The position numbers and the translations under genes are program-made. From the NCBI GenBank assembly GCA_951406725.2, contig OX597819.1, positions 248,001 through 312,000 on the forward strand: a stretch of DNA of 64,000 nt, given 5' to 3'. Below the pieces are notes generated by a model. That model was not told where the DNA came from and made no database searches. It was given only the letters and a program-made list of their open reading frames with translations. The stretch is from Octopus vulgaris (taxonomy: Eukaryota). Shown here piece by piece: positions 48,990 to 62,377 of this stretch (position 1 is the stretch's first letter; each line of letters begins with the position of its first letter).

Positions 48990-49268
48990 TAATAAGATGA
49001 GAAAATAGAGAGGTAATTAATAAATTATTATTTATTAATTAAAAAATTGGCAAACATCCCTTTTGCAGCTGTTTACTCAACATGCAGGAATTGAACACCT
49101 ATTTTGTAGATCTTAAACATAACTCTGAAGAGATTCAACTTTCAAATAATTTTTAATTTTATTAATTAATTTTCTGAAGGTCTGGAATTAAAACAGCTGT
49201 AAGGGATGTTTGTCAATTTTTTAATTGATAAATAATAATTTATTAATTACCACTCTATTTCCTCATCT

Positions 49269-49275
<7 letters not shown>
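48990..49275. repeat. Inverted repeat (arms of about 85 bp) between (TA)n tracts, probably a PLE terminus
   Basis: aataagatgagaaaatagag...aaacatccctt...cagctgttt is mirrored at 49190-49272. Confidence 0.65.
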
Positions 49276-49308
<33 letters not shown>

Positions 49309-50199
49309 ATAATAATAATAATAACAACAACAACAACAATAACAATAATAATAACAACAATAATAATAATAATAATAAACACGAAATTCTGTCTGTCTGG
49401 AACTCCTGTATCTCAGTCTACATTTGCTCTACATAGACATATTATATCTCTTTGGAATTAGGATTATCCCGGGATTGAAAATCTGCCCTTCATTTGGTTC
49501 TTGAGAATCTAGCATTGGGATCTGATTTAAAAGCATTTAGGTTGCTATTTCTAGCAGGTAAAGCTTGGCTGATTCATGCCATCTAGGTTGGCATTCTTCA
49601 GATGATGTCAGAGATCAAGGGGGAGATAAATGACATTCACCTCATTAATTTTACTTTGCAATAAGATCTTTGGGATAAATTGGCCAACAGTTGGAATTCA
49701 AATTGGGACAGTGACAATAGATTGATTGCATTACTGAACTAATTCTCATCTGCCCTTAATCTCTGATCAAACAGCAGCAAGTCATGTAGTCATTATAGAT
49801 GTATTATAATCATACTATTCAGGTCTCATTAGTTTTGAGTCAGAGGATCAATTAGCCCTCCATAGGAGCTAGCTTAGAAGTCCACATGGAGTGCAGCTTT
49901 TAAGCTAGTATCTATCTATATATATATATATACATACATATATAAAATCATGGCGTGTGTGTGTGTGTGCACGTGTGTGTGTGTGTGTATGCATGTGCAC
50001 ATGTGTTTGTGTGTTTCTATTTGTTTTGAGGTCTCTTGATTGTTGTAAACAAACATTATTATCATTCAGCTGTGTCCTTTATTTTCAATCTTTGTAAAAA
50101 TATATCCAACCATAGGTAAATATTATTGTTTGGAAACAAGTGAGTGTTGGTAACAGGGAGGGAACTTAGTTATAGAAACTCTGTCTCTATGGATTTGGG

Positions 50200-53100
50200 T
50201 TTATATTCTATTTTCTTAAGCCATTCAATAATTGCACTGCTGCATATCCATTGAGTAAAATTTGAGTGTGCCATGTCATAATATTATCTAATATGGGATT
50301 TACTGATAATTCCTATTTTCACTTGTTGTGAGATTTATTAATCTGCAGCTAGGATTTTGCATGAGGTTATTTTTGTGGTCTTTCAGAATTATAAAAGGAT
50401 TTTGTGAGATAAGCTTTTCTACTTTGTCTTCTATTTTAAACCTTGTAGCTAAATTTTTTGCTTCTACATTAATTTAATTATAAGCAATGGGCTTTATTTT
50501 CTTGCATGTTTTAGTAATGTTGTCAGTTAGTAATTTGTTGTATGTTTGGTTGTTTACTTCATGAATAATTTTTGTTTTATATGCTTTAATAAACATGTTC
50601 ATTGATGTTTTGAAAGGTTCGATGTATGTCTGTAATGTGTGTTGGAACTTGTTAGATCTTTGGTAGACTTTTACATTTCTAACTAACTTTATAAGATTGT
50701 CTTCAAATTTTTCTAGGTCTTTAATATGTGATGGGTTTTCTAAGATCTGAAACCATAATAGTCAAATATGATATAGACATTGAAAGTAGGTGGAATAAAG
50801 CACACCCCCCGCCAATAGAATGGAAAATTATTATCAAAGCCAAAAAATACAGAGGATGAGGTACCAAATGTGAACTCTGTAATTCTGAAAAAAACATTAT
50901 ACAATCAACAAATAACCTCTTAAACATCAGAGATGAACACCCCCCCTGCATACATAAGCAATATCTTGCACTCAAATATTTCAAAGAAAAGCCCCTATCC
51001 ACAACAGTAATTCCATCAGGGTAGCCCCTTTCCTAAACACAAACTTCCAAGAAGAAATATGCCCCAATGACGAACTACCTCAGCACACAAGTATAAAAAC
51101 ACCATACCCAGAACAAAAACAAAGAACGCAAACAAATTGACCACACAAAAAAGAATTTGCTCAAAGGACAAATCCAAGAGAGACAAACATCCAAAAGATG
51201 CCCCACAAGAGTAACTTCCTTTGATTCATTGTTTTATTCATGTGAATTTACAAGAACCCCCATGAATTAAACAGGACTGTTTTCTGAAATGGAGGCGAAC
51301 ACCTTTCTCCATGTGTTGTGGTGAGAGTCACGACACTCCCCATGAGAACTGACTTGACTGAACAACTATAAATAGTAAGAATCTGAGTGAGAGACGGAAA
51401 GTCGTAAGGTATCGTTTTGGTAGTTTGTTGGAATATCATTTGTTGGTTCATGTATAGATCATGGAGAGTTTGTTGGATTGTTACATTGTTATATGTTTTA
51501 TTGTTACTACATGGTTATAATGTAAAAAAGTATCGCAGTAAATATTGGCGAGACAACAATATTAGTGACAAGGATTCAAAGCTTACACGAGTCAGTTAAC
51601 AAATTTTTGTGATACAAAGTTGTTAATGATGGAAGACCTACTAGCTTCTATAATACAGTTGAAAAAACATCAGCAAGAACAACAACAGGAGTTGCAGAAA
51701 CAACTACTTCAGTAATGGGGGACAAATACATCATAAAAATGAAGGAAACCTTGAAAATTAAATAATAAAAGAGAAACACAAATGCAAATCATTTTTCACT
51801 CTGTGACGATGTATTAATGTACACACAAAGAATGGAAGTATAAATTGCACCACAGAAATGGACATTACATGAATTTCATAGTGGATACCCAGGGATGTCA
51901 AAAATGAAAGCTTTGATGAGGAGTCACATGTATTGGCTGACAATGGACCAGGACATTAAAAATTTGGTAAAATCATGTAGAGGTTATGTGCTAGCAGCCA
52001 AAGCACCACTGGTGAAATACTAATTGTGACCTGAGATAGATAGTCTGTGGTCCAAGGTACATATAGACTTCGCTGGACCAGTGAATGGCATGTACTTCTG
52101 AATCATTGTTGATAGCTGGAAGTATGTTGGTGCAGTCAACCTACCTTAAGGGCAACAATAAAGTTTCTGCATGAACTTTTTGCCTGAGATGGTGTTCCAG
52201 ACACCATAGTATCAGACAATGGTACACAATTTACAGGATATGAGTCCATGAAATTCTGCAAAATGCATGCAGTCAAGCACATATATACCCCACCCTATCA
52301 CTTGAGGTCAAATGGGCAAGCAGAACGATTCATACATACTTTCAAGCAAGTGCTAACAAAAAGCAAGGAACAAGTTAGCAAATAATGAAGTGCTAACTAA
52401 ATTCTTAAGGGTGTACAGCAAAACACCCAATCCAAATACCAGTTCAGACAAGTCACCTGCAGAGCTAATGTTCACTTGAAAGATTAAATCGATCTTTGAC
52501 AAATTGTTGCCAAAGAAAAAAATGTATAGAAAAAATTTTAAAAATTCAATTAAACATTTTGATGTTAGAGACAAAGTCCATTTCAAAGTATACAAGAATG
52601 GTAAAGAGAGTTGGCAAGATGGTGTAGTGACTAAAAGAATTGGAAACATGATGTGTTTGATAAAAGGCCAATGATGGGACCATAAACAACACCTAAAATC
52701 AATTAAAAACAAGACAAATAGAGGAAAGGAAGGAAATTCCAATGGAAGTGTTTTACGACATGTTCAATGTGCCAGCACTGAAAGAGATTAAGTCTAGAAG
52801 GAGCAGTAGCAGGGAACGTAAACAGACTGACCATTTAGAAATAATTCCTAAGCGGAAAAGGTATTAAACTTTCTAGGGAAGCAAAATTTCAAAAAGGGAG
52901 AGGTATTGGAAAGATAGAGAAAGATTAAAATAATAAAATAAATTTTGTTTCCTACGGAAGTTGAAATCTCAAAAGGGATGTTGTGGCAAGAGTCACCAGA
53001 CCCCCTGCAAGAATAGACTTGATCGAATGACTTTAAGTAATAGTGATCTGACTGAAAGACAGAGTAGGTGTTAAATGCAGGAAGTCGTAAGGTGTCATTT

Positions 53101-53420
53101 TTGGTAGTTTGTCGAAATATCATTTGTTGGTTCGTGTATAGTTCAAGGGAAGTTTATTGGATTGTTACATTGTTGTCACTCTGCTTCATTATATGTTTTA
53201 TTGTTACTACATGGTTATAGTGTAAAAAAGTATCATCATAAATACTGGCAGTACAACACTATGTGATTGGCTTGAAAAATTTTGAAGACACTAGGATATT
53301 TTCCTGTTTTTCTTGACATGAAACCAAAGGTAGCCTTAATTCACAAATAAAGAAATTATATCCACCAATGCTGTATTGAGTACTCGTTTTCCTCATTCAA
53401 CATTTTTATGTATATATATC
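50200..53420 (+). mobile_element. Penelope-like element relic interrupted by a Gypsy element
   Basis: IEWKIIIKAKKY..GTKCELCNSEKNII...LLNIRDE..PCIHK at about 50815-50960. A degenerate hammerhead-like ggc-TTGAAAA...GAAA-cc-aaa-gg-TA-gcc follows the 3' LTR. Confidence 0.6.
51243..53258 (+). mobile_element. Internally deleted Ty3/Gypsy (Mag-like) LTR retrotransposon retaining a degenerate integrase
   Basis: LTRs at about 51243-51558 and 52904-53258 end in CAACA. PBS-like ttagtgacaaggat and polypurine tract aaaagggagagg. Integrase remnants H..YPGMSKMKALMRSHMYW...VHIDFAGP...GVPDTIVSDNGTQFT...PYH..SNGQAERF. Confidence 0.9.
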
Positions 53421-54279
53421 ATAATTGTTGTCATCATTTAATGTCTACTTTCCATGCTAGCATGGGTTGGACAGTTTGACTGAGAATTGGTAAGCCAGGA
53501 GGCAGCACCAGGCTCCAATCTGATTTGACCAGGTTTCTACAGGATGCTTTTTACATGTCACTGGCATGGGAGCCAGGCAGGCAGCAGTGGCATTGGTCAA
53601 TATGCATGTATGTATGTATGCATGTAGATCTTTAGCTGGGCTAAAAAGTCACATTCGATCACAGCACCAGTAACAGTTAAGCTTCGTGCAATGGCCATAC
53701 TTGATAACGAGGGGGCAGCCATAATGTATGTATGTATGTATGTATGCATGCCTGCATGCGTGTGTGTATCAATCATATATTTGAACTCTGTAGCAAAATG
53801 TGAGAAAGTGTTCCCCCCTGATGATCCATTGCAATTAGGCATCTAATTAGGCACTTGGAACATCCAATGCTGAGTTACAATTAACTGCAAATATTTATAC
53901 TGCTGTTAATCTTAATTTCCATTGTCTATGTTCTGTATATCATAACTAGTAACATTGCTAGTAACATTACTGTGGCCAACTAAGAACCATTCTGGAAACC
54001 GACTCTATAATGATAATTTAGGCAGTTTTTGTTCAAATTTTTTGTTTTTCTTGGTTTACTTTTCATGTTTTTTTTCAAACATTTTACTCTAATTATTAAA
54101 CCACATTTAATAATAATCACAACTGTGTTCATATACACTAGAGAATATTTCAATGCTATCCAACATATTTTCATTTCATTTTCTCAGTCATTACCGGAAG
54201 AGAAATCATTTTACAGTTCTTACTAGAATGTTTAAGCTAAATTAACAAAATTGCATAACCAATTTTGAATTACTTAAAA

Positions 54280-54325
<46 letters not shown>

Positions 54326-55078
54326 GTTTACCTCTAAACACACTCCCCTCTCACTGTCTGACTTTCATACTTCTCTCTCTCTCCTGCTCACAGACTTCTC
54401 TCTCACTTTCTCTTCTTTCGTACTTGTGATTCACTCATGTTTAAAAATTTATAAATCATTTTGCTTTTCAAGAGAAAATGTTATGTTGTTTAGACTATAG
54501 TACATTTAATCGTTAGAAACGGTTTTCTAATCATCTTGTGTTATTATTTCAAAATTAACAGTTTGTACATGAGCAGAAACTTCAAAATTAAATATATATT
54601 GTTTAGCTATGATGAATCTAAATGATCTAAATGACAAACTATGAAGTGAGATATGAACAGAAAATGTAAATGAATGATATTTGATATCTTTCCTGTTGTG
54701 TGATATGCAACTATGTAAATGCATACATAGTTGTATTAACTTCTTGACAAGTATCAAATGTCACACACTTCATAAACTACGAAAGACAATAATCATACAA
54801 AACAAAAGAAACATGAATTTAGACACACTCACACACACACACACATGTACACACACACATGTACACACACACATATACGCATACGTACACACACATATAA
54901 CCACACCTATTTGTGATGTAGTATTTGTCAGTATTTCTTGTAAACCATTGCTTGTAAACTAACTTTACAAACAAAATAAACAAAACCTGGTATATTTATT
55001 CGATATATATTAGATGTGATGATTTTAGGGCAGTGGTCCTAGACTGGGGTCCACATAAAATTTTGTTGTTAAAATTTA

Positions 55079-55639
55079 TCTCTTATTATAAAAGGCAGAT
55101 TTTATCTGCCTCCCTTTGTCAGTCATAGAAATCTACAATATAGGATTTCTTCAATTACAATTTACCTAGCATTTTTAAGAGTAGAATGCATCGGGTCATG
55201 CCAGGTCCAGTTTTTAAAATTTAAACTCCAATTAAGCAAAATTTACAGAAAACTCACATTCTGGTGTGTATGTCAAATGCTTTTCTTAATGTGGTTTACA
55301 CCACACGCACACGCACACACACAGTGTGCAACGAATAACATGAAAGTAATTGGAAGAGAGTAAATAGCAACAGAGTGATTTGAGGAAGACTAAACTGAAA
55401 GTATTTAAACCACTACTCAAAAAATAAAAAAACACAGCAAACAGAAACAAATAAATACATAACGATTTACTCCTCACACAATTTCTTCAATTAGAGTTTA
55501 CCTAAGATTTTTCAAAGTACTCCATTCGGTCATGCCATAATATATTTCTTTCAATTTCACCCCCAATTAAGACAAAATTCGAGAAAACTCAATATTTTAA
55601 CATTTCACTCCGAAAGCATTGATGTACATGTGTGCGTGC

Positions 55640-55674
<35 letters not shown>

Positions 55675-56755
55675 ATGGGTTGTGCGACACAGAAAGTGTG
55701 GTGTGTAAGTGAAGTGCTTTTGTTAGTGTGTGTAAAGAGACAGACAGAGTGAAAGACAGAAATAACTGAACTTTTTTTATTCACTTTTTGTAGTGAGTGA
55801 CTGAGAGAGAAAAGAGAGAGAGAGGTTATGTATGTATATATGTATGTATGGCTTCAGTGACACACACACACAAAAACACATACCTACGTACACCTAAAGC
55901 ACGCACACACACACACACAAGCGGAGCGCGAACTTCAAAATTTTGGTAGTATTAATTTGCGAGCGTACTTCTAAGCGCGCGTAATTGAAAGTTTTCACTA
56001 TGATATCATCACGTGCGAAAAAATTCGAAGGGTTTTGAACAATTGAGATACAGATGTCACGCCTGTATTGAAACCATTGCTAAGCTGCCGTAATTGCTTA
56101 ATTAAGACTTTGTTTAGATTGAAAGGGGCAAATATGTGACGAGGTTGAAAAAAAATACCCCAGAAAAAAAATGTACCGCTGGTATTTATATAATTCACTA
56201 CTATTTTGCTACAATGTCATGCAAAAGAAAAAATTTAGGTATGTAAATCAAATTCGCCACCTCCTTTTCCCCGTTCGCGTTTGTGTAAAAAAAATTATTA
56301 AGTTTTAAAAATTATTTACTTTGTTCAAAAAAATTGATATTAATTAATTTTCAAGAATTATTTAATTTTATTCTGTAAAATAGTAATTAATTCATTTATC
56401 TGTAAATCCGCGAGGTTGTTACTCAGGCACCTAGAATGGTAACCTTCAACTAACACTATCTCCTCCGAGACCCTGCGGCGCAAGTTGACCAAAATTGAGA
56501 GTATGGTAGAAGAAGGGTTGCTCTTCCTTCCGTAGAACATAAAATTCAAATCGGACCATGTTAACACCAAAAATTATTTACATCAAAAAGATGCTTTTTT
56601 CTATGAAAATCCCTATTTTTTACGATTTTTTCACTGCTGTGTCGCCACTTTTCGGTGTATTTCGACCAGAAAAATGTTCACCAAATTTTTACTTTTCAAA
56701 ATTACAATTCCAGCGGGTCGAAACAAACCCGAGCAACGCCGGGCGATACTGCTAG
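55079..56755 (+). mobile_element. 1.68-kb non-autonomous Helitron
   Basis: A|TC start and ccgagcaacgccgggcgatactgCTAG|T end. CpG-rich, which suggests a young copy. Confidence 0.85.
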
Positions 56756-56847
56756 TGTGCAATAAATTGCTTGTACTTCTACAATACACAAAATATTTTA
56801 TCATTTTTTAAATATTATTCCTAATTTTTAAAATGGTAAAAGGTAAA

Positions 56848-57160
56848 AACCCCTTCACCCATAAATGACCATGGGATTGCACCTAGAAAGTTACCCTCTG
56901 AGGCACAAGTCTGGGCAAGATTGTTCATGGAAGACCAGTAGGCGCCCATGCATACAAATCTCCACTCTCCACATCACTGCTGTTAACCAATGGAAAGGCA
57001 AAGGCTGATACAGCTTGGCACTAGTGACCTCACAACTCATTTCTACAGATGAGGGAACTGGAGCAAAGTGAACTAAAGTTGTCTTGCTCAAGAACACAAT
57101 GCACAGCCCACTCTGGGGTTTGTGAGCTTGATGCTCCAACCACTGAGCCATATGCCTCCT
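56848..57160 (-). mobile_element. SINE family D
   Basis: Reverse-complement homologue of 41472-41808. Confidence 0.85.
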
Positions 57161-57289
57161 TCATTCTAAAAACACTGAAGGATTTTTTTTATTTACATCA
57201 AATAGCTATGGAGACCCAGTTGAGTAAAATAGGAATCAAAGGGATTCGTAGGCAAAAAATAGTTGAAAACCACAGTTTAAGATCATTAT

Positions 57290-59830
57290 TACTTGGAGTT
57301 TCCCAATGTTTCAATCATCTCTCAAGGTATCATCCAGTAAGACTGATTGCCTGGGCCAGCTTGACTACCTCTCTCCATCCCTCCTGATCTTCCGTTAGTG
57401 TTTCTTGGTCTTCAACTTGGCATCCAACATCTTCTGTAAGCTGATGTACATATGTCTTCCATGGTCTTCCAGCCACTGTGGTACCATGATTTGGTGTCTA
57501 CAGCAACATGTTACTCACAAGTTCCTCCTTACTTCTCCAGCAGTGGCTAGAAAACCTCAATCTCCACTCTTGGATAGTTGATGAGAAAGTTGGTACATTC
57601 CCATATAACTCTTGATGAGAGTCCAAGTCAGAGATCCATATACAAGTACAGATTCAACAACTGCTCTGAAGAACTGTCTCTTCAATTTATCTGACAGGGT
57701 TGACTTCCATATTGTTCTAAGAACATCTATAGCTGCCCAAGTCTTAGCAATGCAAAATTTAATATCTTTTTCAGAGGAAATGATATTCCTGCCTAGGTAT
57801 ATTGACATTTTTCAAGGGCTTCTGTTTGATGGTCCTGATTTCACCTGTTATGTTGGCACGTAAAAGCACCCACTACACTCATGGAGTGGTTGACGTTAGG
57901 AAGGGCATCCAGCTGTAGAAACTCTGCCAGATCAAGATTGAAGCCTGGTGCAGCCATCTGGTTCACCAGCCCTCAGTCATACGTCCAACCCATGCTAGCA
58001 TGGAAAGTGGACGTTAAACGATGATGATGATGATGATGTTCAGGGTGATAAACTCTGTCTTCTTTTCATTCACATATAGTCCTATGTTAGCAGCAGCAAT
58101 TTCCAGGAGATGGCATTAACATACAGCATCTTTTGTGTTGTCTGCGAAGAGTGCTATAGCATCAGCATAATCAGTGTCAGTCAGGTAGGTGGCGGGATAT
58201 CTTCTGTTTCTAGACTTCTGTAAAGTAAAACCCAGATCTTTGTGTTGATCTATTGAGGTACGCAATACATAATTGAGACACAGGATGAACAAGTAAGGAG
58301 TAGTGTATCACCCTGCAGTACTCCTGCACAAACATCAAAGAAGTCAGGATCTCCATCTGCTGACTGCACTTTTGCTCGGGTGTTTTTATACAGCATCATT
58401 ACTGCCTTTATTGCTTCTATATGCCCTAAGGATTTCCACCATCTTATTCCTGTGAACAGAGTCAAAGGCCTTGGAGGAATCAACAAAGAGCAGAACTGCA
58501 TTAAAATTTTTGGCTTGTACTCCTAACATCCTCCTAACTGTGAGAATTTGACCAAATGTAGAGCAGCTCTTCTTAAATCCATTTTGATTTTTCCTAAGAA
58601 AATTGACTTCAGGGAGGATATCCAATCCTGCAGCCTTTTGATTTTTGGTCTTCCTTAGTATGACTTCAAGATCTTCTAGTCTTGAGGTTGCTTTTATCTT
58701 GTTTGCTCAGAGGCTTACCTGAAGCTTAAATGTTACCACTCAATGGTATAAAAAAGTGTTGTATGCTTCACAGTTGTGGCAGTTGTTAATCCATTTTTTG
58801 TTCATGATAAGATAGTCTAGCTGAGCTTTGAATCCATTTGGGGTAGTATGGGTCCACCTCATTCCCGGTCTCTTCAGAAAATAAGTGTTCAGGCATTGAA
58901 GTTTATTTTCTACCAAGAAGTGCTCTAACTCTTCACCATTTCAGTTTGAGGCTTGATAGAACAAGTACTTATGATAGGGACTGTCATGGCCTAATTGCAC
59001 ACTCATATCTCTGCTAATGATGAGGATGTTGTTTTGGTATAGATCATACAAGAGAAGATAAATCATTGAAAAAATTTATGACCTTTTGTTCATTGCTGAC
59101 ATTTGTTGGACTGTACCAGCATGTGACAGTAGTAGAAGGGTTACCGTTGAAATTGGCATCTATTATTCTAGATGTTATTTTCTCAATGTTGTTTAGTGAT
59201 TTCAGGGTATGTGGGCTGAATAATAATCCTACAGTGCTAATGGTGCTATTAATAGAATTTTTCCATGCAGATACAGACACAAAAGTCCAGTTGTTATTGA
59301 GTTCATGTAACCATCATGGAGGAGACGGTGTTTCTGTACACACAAGATGTCAATATGAAAGTTCATAGCTGATGCAGCAAATTCTGATATTTGAGACATA
59401 GATTTCAAAGTTCTTACATTGAAAGTTGATACTTTAACAGGATGCTTGCATCTGGCAAATTTCGATTTTGGTTCTGTAACTGACTTGTGCCAGAACCAAT
59501 GCCCCTGGTTATGACCCTTGGTAATCTATGCGACAATTAATGCAGTATGAGTTTCTGGAATGATCTATAGTCATGACTAGTCTTTTGATAGCTTAGCATA
59601 ACCATCAGTGTGAGCCATGTCTATTGACGATCATAGTATTTCTCTGACTGAACTGGTTGATCCTGGCTATTGATCTGTTTTGGATTTCTCTACCCAGCAA
59701 TCTTGTGCACCTTACTATTGACTAGGTTCATAGTTCTTCCACCAAGGTTTCACACCTGTTATGCTGCTCTCCATACAGGTAACCAGAGCCCCATTTGCCA
59801 GTTTGGAAGCTGGGGATTTGGCATGGCTTA
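57290..59830 (-). mobile_element. Degenerate RTE-clade LINE with APE endonuclease and reverse transcriptase, internally deleted
   Basis: VSTFNVRT, WYSPTN and AQLDYLIMNKKW (endonuclease). NQNGFKK, LLFVDSSKAFDSV, GVLQGDTL, YADAIAL and YLG...VESVLVYGSLTW (RT). A SINE B copy is inserted at 57846-58037. Confidence 0.9.
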
Positions 59831-60019
59831 CTGGATATTGAATTTATTTTGATGACAATACTTTTTGGCATTGTAGACAAATGTGCACACACACACAAAC
59901 ATACACACACACGCGTGCGCATGCACACACATGGACATGCAAGCACACACACAGAGTACTCCCTTCCGGCAATTTTTGCCTGAAACTCTGAGTATCAGGA
60001 TGTAAAGTGACCAGAACTA

Positions 60020-60560
60020 ATATATATATAAAGGGGCAGCTCACCTCAAACAACTCATGACAAAAACTGTTGAAAGTGAGCGCTAATTCAAAACGGTCTA
60101 ATAAAATACAATAAGATACTACAATATGTTAAATATATTATAATATAGGTGGCCCATTAGCAATGAAAACCTAAAGCAATCAAAACCTAAATTAAACAAG
60201 GGTACAAATTAGTATTGGCAATTGCAAGAAATAAGAGTCAAAAAATTACTCAAAAAGCCACACAAAACATTAACTTTCAATGGTTTTTCTCATGAGTTGC
60301 ATGAGGCAACCCCTTTTTATCAGCAAGATCCTCTGATGACCACTAAGATTATAATGATCAGAGTTTGAAATCATGTGATAAGGATATATCTGTTTATTTC
60401 ATTTTGTGAGATTATCACACCGTAGAAAGGTGCTTTAGCTTGCTCCCTTGCTTTTTGTAAATTCATGAGGTTAGTGCTTTTCGTGGCTATTCGAGTCGTT
60501 TTTGACTCTTATTTCTAGCAATTGCTGGTACTAATTTGTACCCTTGTTTATTAACATATA
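60020..60560 (+). mobile_element. PLE terminus with inverted arms and a hammerhead core at 60328-60385
   Basis: atcct-CTGATGA-...-GAAA-tca-tg-tga-TA-aggat. 60193-60275 is inversely repeated at 60470-60550. Confidence 0.6.
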
Positions 60561-60576
60561 TATATATATATATATA

Positions 60577-60920
60577 GGCGCAGGAGTGGCTGTGTGGTAA
60601 GTAGCTTGCTTACCAACCACGTGGTTCTGAGTTCGGTCCCACTGCATGGCACCTTGGGCAAGTGTCTTCTACTATAGCTTCAGGCTGATCAAACACTTGT
60701 GAGTGGATTTGGCAGATGGAAATTGAAAGAAGCCCATCGTGTGTGTGTCCAACATCACGTGACAATTGATGCTGGTGTGTTTACGTCCCCGTAATCTAGC
60801 GGTTCGGCAAAAGAGACCGATAGAATAAGTACTAGGCTTACAAAGAATAGGTCCTGGGGTCAATTTGCTCAACTAAAGGCAGTGCTCCAGCATGGCCATA
60901 GTCAAACAAGTAAAAAAGAA
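60577..60920 (+). mobile_element. SINE family A
   Basis: Full head aggcgcaggagtggctgtgtggtaag...gagttcggtccc. Confidence 0.9.
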
Positions 60921-61219
60921 TACACATATATGTATGTATGGTTGTATGTATTTATGAATGAATGAATGAATGTTTGTCTCTGTACGTACATGTGTATGTT
61001 GGTGTATGTGAGTGTGCGCTTGTGTCTCCTTGTCTTGACCATTGTGCAATGATTGTAAATGAGCCTCACCCTCATGTAAATGGTGTTGTTTGTTTCCAAA
61101 CATGCATAAAAAAATGTCATATTGTGAGGAAATATTACTTTGCTTGAATATAGAGATGAGAGCTGGTGACAGATGATCTGCCTCAACCAGCTCCATCAAA
61201 CCCATGCAAGCCTAGAAAA

Positions 61220-61921
61220 CTAGTGATCACTCCAAACACCATGATGTTGACTGGATGTTTGATTTTTATCTCTCTCAGTACATGTTTTGAGGACACAGCA
61301 AGCCAACGGTTGTTCTGTGTGTTCACCATCTGATCCTGGCAGAAATTTTTCTCATCTGAAAAAAACCAAAGCATGTTTGGTTGGAATGGATGCTTGAGTT
61401 TCTTCAAAAGCTTCCTTGATGGCTTGGAATAAGAATTGACTCTTTCTCATCTTATATGAGGAATATTGAATGTCTTCATGCACTACCTGCTTGATAAAAA
61501 CTCAGACACTCCCATGTTCCTGGCAGGGAACCTGACTGAGATGTAGGGGTCATTGTCAATCATGGCTTAGATCTCACCAACAAATTCAGGAGTTCTTTTC
61601 TTAATCAGAACAATCAGAGTAAGTTCTCTGAGCTGCCATACATTTGTAATCACCATTAGACTCATCCAATCTTCTACACTGTCTTCAGATTGACACCCAA
61701 ACACTCTGAAATGTTTGTATTGGAGCTTCCGGTGTGAATGCCACGCAGTACAGCATGTCATTTCCAAATTTCTGGCAGAGGGAATTGTGTCATGGTGCTA
61801 TTTTTCTCACAGACGGTGTCCAACTGACTCAACCATAGTGTAGTCGACAAAATCAAAAATGAACAATGAGCATATGTGAAATTAAAAGTATACAACGGCA
61901 GCAGTTTACCCATCACACCCT
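61220..61921 (-). mobile_element. 5' half of a maT (DD37D) transposon, same family as 22430-23286
   Basis: WFFSDEKNFCQDQMVNTQNNRWLA...IKHPVNIMVFGVITS. It shares its 5' end with the other copy and supplies the segment deleted there. Confidence 0.9.
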
Positions 61922-61924
61922 ATA

Positions 61925-62377
61925 TATGTGGAAGAGGTAGACCCAGGAAGACATAGGACAAGGTCGGAAAACATGATCTTTGAATGTTGGGCCTCACAAA
62001 GGTAATGACTAGTGACCGAAACCTTTGGTAATATGCTGTGCCTGAGAAGACCCATCAAGCTAAGTGAAATCATGATCGATGCCAGGGTCACGTAATTAGC
62101 ACCCATGCTGGTGGCGCGTAAAAAGCACTTTTTGAGCACAGAGCCTCATGGAGGCAATCTGTTTGATGCTAGTGTCATATAACTAGCACCTGTGCCAGTG
62201 GTATGTAAAAGTACCCATTACATTCTTGGAGTGGTTGGTGCTAGGAAGGGTGTCTAGCCATAGAAACCATGCCAAATCAGACTGGAGTCTGGTGCAGCCC
62301 CTCAGCTTACCAGCCCTAGTCAAACTGTCCAACCCATGACAGCATGGACAACGGACGTTAAATGATGATGATGATGA
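61925..62377 (+). mobile_element. SINE family B
   Basis: Ends acggacgttaaa(tga)n. Confidence 0.8.

Larger units (their letters stand above)
55031..57275. mobile_element. hAT MITE split by Helitron and SINE insertions
   Basis: cagtggtcctagac ... gttgaaaaccacag ends. The host sequence resumes after each insert. Confidence 0.6.
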
